DNA of 40,469 nt, taken from positions 1 to 40,469 of the IMG/VR virus record IMGVR_UViG_3300009164_000151; one strand, 5' to 3'. Of this stretch, positions 1 through 9,500 are shown piece after piece. Source of the DNA: a virus (lineage: Duplodnaviria; Caudoviricetes). A program made the translations under genes and the position numbers. Below the pieces are notes generated by a model that was given only the letters and a program-made list of their open reading frames with translations, was not told the origin of the DNA and did not search any database. Numbering within the stretch: the stretch's first letter is position 1; each line of letters begins with the position of its first letter.

Positions 1-22
1 AAAATTTGGCTAGGGAGAGAAG

Positions 23-223
23 ATGAATGAACACGAACAGAACCTAAGAGACTTGGCGGCAATGTTTGCCATGACTGGTTTGTTGATCAAGGGGGATCAC
101 CCCTCTAGCATTCCCAATACCGCCCTCAAGCTGGCAAACGCCTTTATGGATGCCAGAGAGTCTGCGGATGAGGAACATGGCATCGTGGCCCTCAAAAAGG
201 TTCGGAAGACCAAGGATGTATAG
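23..223 (+). CDS. Hypothetical phage protein (66 aa)
   Basis: ORF with GGAGA upstream. LRDLAAMFAMTGLL resembles a small phage protein family. Overlaps the start of the next gene. Confidence 0.7.
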   Translation: MNEHEQNLRDLAAMFAMTGLLIKGDHPSSIPNTALKLANAFMDARESADEEHGIVALKKVRKTKDV

Positions 224-500
224 GAGTCCCAAGCTGCTGCAGGCGGTGCGAGATTGCCCTTGTCAGCACTGCGGGGCCAATGATGGAACCGTAGTTGCTG
301 CCCACTCCAACCAGATGCGTGACGGCAAAGGCAGAAGCCTCAAGGCCAATGACTACCGAATCGCTGCCCTATGTTTTAAATGCCACTACGAGATAGACCA
401 AGGTAAAGATCTATCCCGTCAGGAGCGTTTAAACATTTGGGAGGATGCTCATCGAGCCACCATTGGATGGCTCTTTGAGAATGGCCTTATCAAGGTTTGA
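216..500 (+). CDS. Zinc-binding putative nuclease, DUF1364/YbcO-like (94 aa)
   Basis: ATG at 216 inside the previous gene's 3' end. CQHC...VVAAH...GKG...CFKCH pattern. Confidence 0.7.
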   Translation: MYRSPKLLQAVRDCPCQHCGANDGTVVAAHSNQMRDGKGRSLKANDYRIAALCFKCHYEIDQGKDLSRQERLNIWEDAHRATIGWLFENGLIKV

Positions 501-3500
501 TGATGTTGCGGATCTGCCGGATGTCGTTTACCAGTAGGTTCTGAGCCTTGGTAATTTCCGCCAGCATATCTCGCTTCTCATCTGCAGGAATAGGTGCAGC
601 ACGAATCATGTTGGCTTGTTTCTGTAGGTCATCCATCTGCTTGTTCAGGCTACTCATGAAGTCGCGTGCAGCGTAAAGCTGTGCGTTCTTCTCAACGTAA
701 GCTGGCAGGTTTGGATCGGCTTGCTTCTCCAGTAGATTGATGGTTCGCACAGTGGTATCCACGGAGTGCTTCAGATCAAAGTAAGAGGTGATCTTTCCCC
801 GTGCTTCAGGATCTGCCAAGAAGCGCTTGATGATTGGCATCTGCTCAATACGCTTGGAGGGTTTCTGCACTTCAGGAGAAGTGAGTGACTCTATTGCTGT
901 ATCCAGCAGGTCTGCTGCGTAGACTCCCATTGTGCCTGTATAGCCCTTGTATACATGGTCAATCATCATGGGTGACATACCAGCCTGTTGTCCAAGTATC
1001 TCTGCCCACTTCGATGTACCCGGCCCGACTTGGAACTCAGGTGCAATACCTTGCAGGTTTTGTCCGACGATAGGACGCTGTGTAAACACAGAGAAGTTAT
1101 CGCGTGCTTCCAGCAACGGAGCCACTGCTTGCGGCACAGGGTTGATGGCAAATGTGCTTTTAATTGCCCGCTGCATGGCCTTGTGCAGATCATCCGTGGT
1201 GTCACGGTTCTCTTGATCAGGCATGAAGAAGCTGCGATAGATCCGTTCGGGGATTGTTTTAAACAGCGTACCAACTTCAAACGGGATTGGAATCTTGATC
1301 GGGGTTTTGCCTTCACCTCGGGTGATGATCCAGTTGTTGTCCTTGGTTTCCTCTTCCTGCTTTTCATACTCAGGGTCACCTGAAACGGCGGCAGCGTACA
1401 TCAGGCTCAAGCCCATCATGGTCAGTCCACGAATGATCATGGCGCGTTGGACTTGCTTTTCCCGCTCAGTGGCATTGGCATCCATGAAGGGACGGATACC
1501 TGCGCGGAAGAACACATCCAAGCCTTGGACACGAGCATTCAGGAACGGAATGGCTGCTGCTGCGATACGAACAACGGCAGAACTTCCCTTGCGGTTGAAG
1601 TTCATTACCTCCAATGCACGGTGGATAGCTTCTGCTTCGTTGCCTGTCTCAGCAAGGGTAGCCTTGTAAACAGCAATACGAGTCGCAGCATCAGATGCCT
1701 CGGTGCCTTTTTCCAACTTGTCCCAGAAAAATTTAAACGGAGACACGGCAGTTTCAAATCCTGTCTTGGTTCCAGTCTTCTTACGCAGATCTTTGGCAAA
1801 TTCTTCTGTGCTGGCCTCGACATTGCGGGAGAACTCATATCCACCCAAGACGCCAGCGCTCAGGAGCTTCTGGTACTCAGGGGAGTTGTTCATCAGGACA
1901 TTGCCCATCTCCTTGACCGCAGATGCCACAGGGGTCAGCTTTGCCCCGCTGGTGATGTACGCAGAGACAGAGTCACGCATCAAGTTAGCCAGCATGAAGC
2001 CGGGATCTTTGGTAACCGCTGCACGCAGGAAGTTAGCGGGCATTGCGAGGAAGTTCAGGAACGGCAGTTCTGGCAGGTTTAAACTGCTAACAGCATCAAC
2101 CCAAAGCTTGTCTGCGCACTCATACGAAACCTTCTCCCCTTTTTGTAGCACGGTGACTACATTGGGGCCGGAGGACAGATGATCCATTTTGCGAACCATC
2201 TGTAGCATCATCCCGCCTTCAACGGCCTTTTGAGCCGCCACGTTCTTCATGCCAGCTTGGATGATGGACTGGGTATTGCGAGTGATAGTCTCAAGGAAGT
2301 CAGCCAGAGGTGCTTCGCTCCCGGTCAACTTCTTAGGTGCCTTGACCCCAGAGATACTCTGGAAGATGTTTGGCCCGACAGTACGCTCACCTTCGATCTG
2401 ACGATAGAAGGGGATGTAGTCTGAGTAGCGTGTAAATTCTGCTGCGTTCTTCGCAGAGATAACACCGGTGTCCACTGCATACTTGACCAGCCCATCGTTG
2501 TACTTGATCCAGTCTTTCTGGACATCAACAAACTCTGGGTACTGCTGCTCCAGTTGTTTGGCAAGAGCCATGTCCTGTGGTGTGTAAAGCTCTTCTTTAC
2601 CACTTGCCAGTAGGCGCTTACCGCGCTTTGCCCCGGCCCAGAATTGGTAGGCTTGGTAGATCCGTGGATCACCCTTTGCAGCCAATGGAGAAAAGATCTC
2701 CACTGCACCCTTGACTGTGCCGTTCTCATTGCTGACGGTGGTGTATCCATCTTTATACACAGGGATGCCACCGATACGGTCTCCTACACCCAACGCAGAT
2801 GCAGCAACCCCCGCAGCAGCATCAGACTGCAAAGCAGCAGAGTGTGCGTTCTGGTCAGCCAGACGAGAAACCCCGCCCATCTGCGTAGCAATCAGCTTTT
2901 CAAAGTCATTTAAACGGTTGTATCGGTCAAGGGCTTTTTGACGCAGGTACGACCAGCTTTCTGGAGCAAGACCTTCTAGCAGTCGATCTACAAAACCAAC
3001 CTCTTGCCGTGCGGTAGTGACTCGGTCAATGGCTGCGTTAATAGCTGCCCCGTTCGGTAGGTTGTTGATGTCTTCGGCAACGTCTGTGCGCAGGCTGTAG
3101 CGCTGCTTTGGCATTTCTTGGTAATCCAAAGACGCTTCTTCACGGGTAAATGGCATTGCCACTGAAAAAGAAGAGCGGAGCGCTTGATCTTCAGCAAGGA
3201 TGCGTTTGGGCCAAACTTCTGCATAATCAAAATTGTCGGGATCTACTTGTTCAGACCAGCGGATGTTTGATTGCAAACGCACTGGCATGGTGTCATACCC
3301 CGCCTTTTGTAAGGCCATTGCACGATGACGGCCTTCATGCCCGACAGCTTTTAAATTTTCGCCGTCTTTGCGTACGATTAATATTGGGAGACTTGTAAAC
3401 TTTGTTCCTTCATTAACACGTTGCGTGGCAAGCTTCATTTTATTTTCGTCGTATCCAAACTCTGCCAACGCCAAAAATTCATGGATTGGCATGTCAATCA

Positions 3501-6500
3501 ATTTATCCTTGGATTTGTATTGGGTTTGTTTGTGTTCATCCAAAGCTTGTTGTGTAAATGCATCTGCAGCACTACGCAGGCTATACCGGACATCAGGGTT
3601 GTTGATGTCGTAGGTGCCTATGTTGCCTGTAGCGGACTTGATTTGGGATGGCTCATATACAGCAAGGTTTCGTTGACCGCCTTCTTGCACGTAGAAGCTA
3701 TCGTGACCCAGTTTTTTAATGGCCTTTTGCACAATTGGTTTTTCAATTAGCTCCCAATTTCCAGTTTTAATGCCACCAAAATTTCTGCCTGCTGGCAAAC
3801 CAAATGAATCGCGTTGTGCATTTAATTCATCCAGAACATTTTGTACATGCTTTGGGTTGTTGTAGTCAAAAGGATTCTCTGCGCGGACATATACGGGCAT
3901 GATGTTTGCGCGGCTGGGCAATGCATCTGCCAGAACCCGGAAAACCTCTGACTCTATGCTGGCTGGAATGAAACCAAATGTTGCGTCAGAATTTTCAGAT
4001 GTGTTTTTGATTTCCTCAAACTCTGATTTGGAAATATTTTTATCTTTCAATGCTTGCTTGGCACCTTTCATCGTCCAATCCAAACGCTCTTCTGGCGTTG
4101 CATTGTTAAAAAGTTCTTTGATCATGTACTCTTCGCCCATACTGCCAAAAGTTTCAGCAAATTGGGGAGAGTCAGTTACAAAAATAGCATTGGCTTGTTT
4201 TGGTTTAAATGTAGTGATGTCTCGGGCAGTCCCGTGATACATGACCTTTGGATTGCCGTTTTCATCCACTACCTTGCTGTTACCAAACCAGCGTTTAAAT
4301 TCTGGTGTATCAGGAGCGGCTCTCAGGCTTAACTTCTCCGCCTGCGGAAGCTTTGGCAGCTTATTAACTAACGGGCTTCTGGGAGATAGACTTCCCAGTT
4401 TTTGGGCATCCGACAACTTCGCAATGAAGCTAACCATTGGAGCGTCTACGGCTGCATCGCCAGTTAACGTAAAGGTGGCTGGTGGCAATGAAGCCTTTTG
4501 CATTGCAAAGCCACGTTCTTTCAGGGCAAGGTTTTGCACCTCTGGCCTAAAGTTCTGCCAAGCATTCTGCGCTCGAGTCTCTTGAGTTAATGCCCAACGT
4601 GCCAATGGATCTTGGGTAGTTGCCATGTGGTTCTTCCACGCAGCAAACTCCCCTTTAGGGCCAAACTCTGTATCGCTAAGGTTGTGAGCAAAGTAGTCAT
4701 GGACTGCGCGGAGCAAGTCGTTGTACAACATTGGCTCTCCACGGACATCCGTCAGACCGGAATCTACCAACAATGGGTGTCCGCTAAAGTCAAACCCTGT
4801 TGGCCCAAAGGTGCCTGAATCCGTTTTCAAAACTTTAAACCGGTTGTTTAAACTAACATCCCGGCGGACTTCTGCGCTGTTTGCGTAGATGTCTCTGTAG
4901 TTGCCATCTGCATCAAACTGAGGTTCAGTCAGTTGCACCTTGATAGGTAACGTTTCATACTGGCGCTTTACCTCTTCTGCAAGCGCAGCGTAAGCTTTGC
5001 GTACAAGCGGCTTCTTGAGGTCATTGACAGGCAGAGCCTGATAAACGTCTTTGAGAACTGTTTGTTCTTCTTTTTGAGCTTTGGTTAGCGGCTTCTGCTC
5101 AAAAGGCTTAATCGGGCGCTTGTTAAGGTACTCCGCAATTATTCTTGGGGTTTCCCTGTCCGCAGTCTGCTTGGGATAAAAGTCGCTTGCAATGTCTTGG
5201 TAGCTGGTTCTTGCTCCGTATCCATCTCCGTAGACTGCAAGACGTTGAACTCCTTGTTGAAGGCGTTTGTCTTCTGCTCCATAAGCCGCATGAACTCCTC
5301 TGACTTTGTCGAGGAAGTCATCATATTCCGAGATGTCATCTTGTTTTCCTTGTACGTGGTACGCGATTAGTTCCGTTTTGGAAACGGAGAAGCCTTTTAG
5401 ACCTGCGTTGTTAACAATATCAACTATGTCCTGCTCTGTCAATTCTTTCTTAAGAGGAATTGTGTACACAGGAGTAGCGTAAGAGCCATCACCGAAGTTG
5501 TGACCAGCTTTGTACTTGGTTTTGGTTCTTACGTGGATAGCTTCTTGGTTAAAGTTAAGACCAAACCGCGACAAGGCACCCAGCACTTTGGTGGACTCAG
5601 ACTCGCGGAAGTTAACCTGCGCCATGATGGCTGGTTCACGGCCTTCTTCATACACGCCTTTGATCGGCGTGAAAGAAATCTTAGCTTTTGTGCCGCTTAG
5701 TAAGAACCGCAGCGTGCTGGTAGCAACCTTTTGCAAAACTTCATAAGCTTCTTTATCACCGTTTAAAGCACGGGTGTGTAGCTCTTGCAGACCGGGGATT
5801 GTCCCGGTAACTGCGGACAGGTTGATGGTGGCTTTTTCCTTAATCTCGTTAGCCTTACGCAGGCGCACGCCACCTTCTGGTGTAAACGATGGATCAAAAC
5901 TGCTGCCGCCATCCTCAACGAAAGTACCTTCGTCAGAGTTAACCCAATCAGGACTGTCTGCGCGATCACCAATGGCTTCAATCTTGGCGCGTGCTTCCTC
6001 AAAAGTTTGCAAGCCCGTACGGTACTTAGTCCACTCGTTACGCACCCTCTGCTTGATTTGGCTTTTGATGTTCTCTGGGAACATGCCGCGCACGGCTTCC
6101 CATGTAATGGATTGCATTTCCCGAGGTTTAATGCCAACCTTTGCGGCTGCTTCACGGTAAGCATCTGCAATGATTCCATACGTACCGCCAACGCCAATCT
6201 TGGTGTTCTTGCCAACACCGCCAAAGTTATGGGTCACTTCTGGATCTGTTCCAGCCAAGGATTCATACAGGGCAGCAGCCACTGCATGGGTATCAATGGT
6301 TACGTGCCCGATAGGGCTGTTCGGGGCAATAATGTTGTTGTAGAAGGAACGAATCTTGTGTTCTTCGCCCAGCTTCTCGCTAATGTTCTTGCGAGATGGG
6401 TCGCGGAAAATGCTGACGGTCTTTTCAATGGGGCCGTAGGTAGACCACATCATGGTTGCTGGTTTAAATAAGCCAGTGTCTGGGTCTGGGTTCTTGTTCA

Positions 6501-9500
6501 TCACCGTTCCACCAAAGCCACCTTCAGGGGTGACGATGTTGTACTTGCGATCATTAAAGGCTTCATCATAAGCGCGGACAAATGCAGCAGCATCCTTGAC
6601 GCTCATGTCTTTAAGCTTGACCTGATCATCACTCATCTTCTTGATGCGCTTGTCAAAGAAGATCTGACGCCCATCTCGGTCAGCACGATCTTCGGCTTCG
6701 CTGATGTAGCTTTCTGCGTATTGCAACATCTGGGGAGTCCATGTTGCATCTCCGTAATTGGTCAGGATATCTATGGCCCGCTCTGCCATAGACACATTCT
6801 GGAACCAATCCTTTTGCGGAGACATGGCTGCAAGAATACCCGCTACTTGCGTATCCTCCATGTCGTACCTGTCAGCAAGCTCAGACGCAATTTTGTTTGC
6901 GCCGTCATACCAAAGCTTGCTGCGGTTGCGGACATCTTTAGGAACACGTTTATGCAGATGCAACAAGTTGCTTACGATGTTGTCCTTGAAGACCTTAATA
7001 ACATCCTCGTCCTTGGTATCGACAGGTATAAACCCGTAGGACTTGATAGCACCAATAATGTTGCGCTCTAGTTCTGGGTTCTGCTCCATAGACTCCCGAA
7101 CTGCAGACTCATCAATGGAAAGCATGTCAGAGAGGGGGTCATACAGGCGACCTTTGGCCTGTGGGTTCTGCGTAGAAATTTCTTTCTCGTTTTCCTCTGC
7201 TTTGCGGATTAAGCTTTGCTTTTCGGTGGTTCCAGCTTTCTGTGTGGCCTTGAGTTCGCCACGCTCAACTTTGCCAAAGACATCGTCAGAGGTTTGGAAG
7301 CCCGCACCGGTGAATGAGTTACGCAGAGCTTCAAAGAACTGCTGCATCTTTTTCAGCAAGGTAGCAAACACTCCTTTAGGAGCGCCGTTTACATCAAAGT
7401 CACCAAAGGCATCTGCAATGGCTTCTTCGCGGATTGCATCCATGTCCCCGTTGTACAGGTTGTCATATGCATCGTAGCGGGACTGCTGTCCTTCCTTGAT
7501 AGGCTGACCGTTGATGTTGCGCTGCTTGAGGTACTTGTCGATCCAGACCTTGTCGGCTTGGTTCTCCAGAACCTTCCACTGACCGGGCGTGAAGAATCCC
7601 AGATCCTTTAAACCATGCACGGACTCATGCCGCAGGACTCGAACAGGGTTAGCTGCATCCAAAGCAACCTTGATGACGCTGGCTACATAGGAGCCTTCAG
7701 CTTGCATTCCTTCTTCGATCTGTAGGGCTACATCACCCAGCCCAAACTTCTTGAGCATTGGCAGGAGTTGGGATTTGACAGCTTCTTTCTCTGCGGTGGT
7801 GTCAGGCTTGGTCTCTTTTTTTACCTCTGGCGCTACCTTCTTCTCGGCGACAAATGGCTTGGCGGGATTTTTACGACGCTCCAGTTCACCCTGTAAACGC
7901 TTGGCAAACCCCGGAGCCTTAGTCTTCCCGGCTAATTCGTTTAAACGAGCAGCAGGCAAATTCTCGAGAATATGCTTAAGAGCTTCTTCGCGGGTGGCAA
8001 ATGCTTGCTCGCTAACGCCTTGTTCCTTGGAACGGTAGACCTTGACGTTCGCAGCTTTACCGGTGGTTTGGAGAGTTACCGGCTGTTGCAGGTAAGCTTT
8101 CTTTTCGCGCAAGCGCTGGATGTTGTCATTGGCTTTCTCAACCAAGGCAGCATGTGCAGCAGATGCTTGCTGGTACTTGGGAGTGCGGAACAGACCCGCA
8201 GTCTCCATGATGTTCAGTGACCGCTGGCTTGCAGCAATCGCACTGCTCTCGTTGGCAATGGACTTGTCAATCTGTTTGATGGCAGGATCTGCAGTCTTGC
8301 TCAGAGCTTCAGCCTTAGCGTTGGCCTCGGCTTGGTTTTGCGTGGAATACAGAAGCTGATCCCCGCGCATGACATTGAAGCCAGTAGGTTGTGCTGGTGC
8401 AAAACCTTCCTCGACTTTGAACTCTGCCTGCTCGGCAGGCGTAACCTTAATAAACTCACCGGCAGAGCTTAGGTTCAGGTCACCATTTGTGTACGCATTC
8501 TGCAGCAGAATCTGAACGTCGGAGTCCCGTGTCAGACCTGTAACCTGCTTGGCTACCTGCAACGCCTGAGTGCTTGGGATGTCTTGCGCTTCAGTCAGAC
8601 TGGTTACTTGCTGTACTGCATTGCGGTACTGCTCCGGGCTGTAGTGGACGGCGTTCGTCTTCTCTGGAAGCTGCTGCGTTTCCTCAAACTGGGGAAGCTC
8701 AGACAATGCTTTAAACGCAGAATGAAGCTGTGGCTGCTCCATCTTTGCGAGATCGTTCTCACCGGTGGCCCGTTGCAGGAAAAACTTAAAGCCATCTGTA
8801 TCGGTGGCAATGTTCTTTTGCGTGGCGATATTGGTAATGTCTTCTGGCTTGTAAACCACTTCACCGGTATAGCCGCTCTTTGCCGCAATCAGGCTGTTTA
8901 AATCAGCTTTTTCTGCGTCGGGCAATTCACCGGGCATGGCATCCCGAATGTCTTCGATGGAGTAATCATTCAGCGCAGGTTTACCCAGCTTCTTGCGTTG
9001 CTCATCAATGTAAGCCACCACCTTGGGTGAACGGCTGGATAATTCTTCCTTGGTGAACCTTCCCAAAGGATTGTCCAGAGCATCACCTACTGTAAGGGTT
9101 TGCTTGGGTTGGCCCTTAATCCTGTTGAGCAAATTGTCAATGTTGCTGCGTACCAATCTTGGCGTATCGGATGTGCCATTTTCTGCCGGTGCAAACCCTT
9201 GGTTGATGGCATTAATGTGTGCGCCGGTACTAGCTACCTTGGGCGTAGAGTTGTCATTGCGCATATCGCCAAAATGCTGGTCAAGCATTTCTGCAGCATT
9301 ACGCAAAGCATCACTACCGTAGTAGTTAGCCATTTCTTTGCCGCCGGTTTTATTAATCCAGCCGTCTTTTCCAATGCCAAAGAATGGATACCATTTGCCA
9401 GCAGGGACATCTACTTTGCCGCCGCTACCTGTGCTAAGGTAAAACGGAACTTGCACACCATTCACATCCATCAACACCATTTTTCTACCACCGTAGTCAA

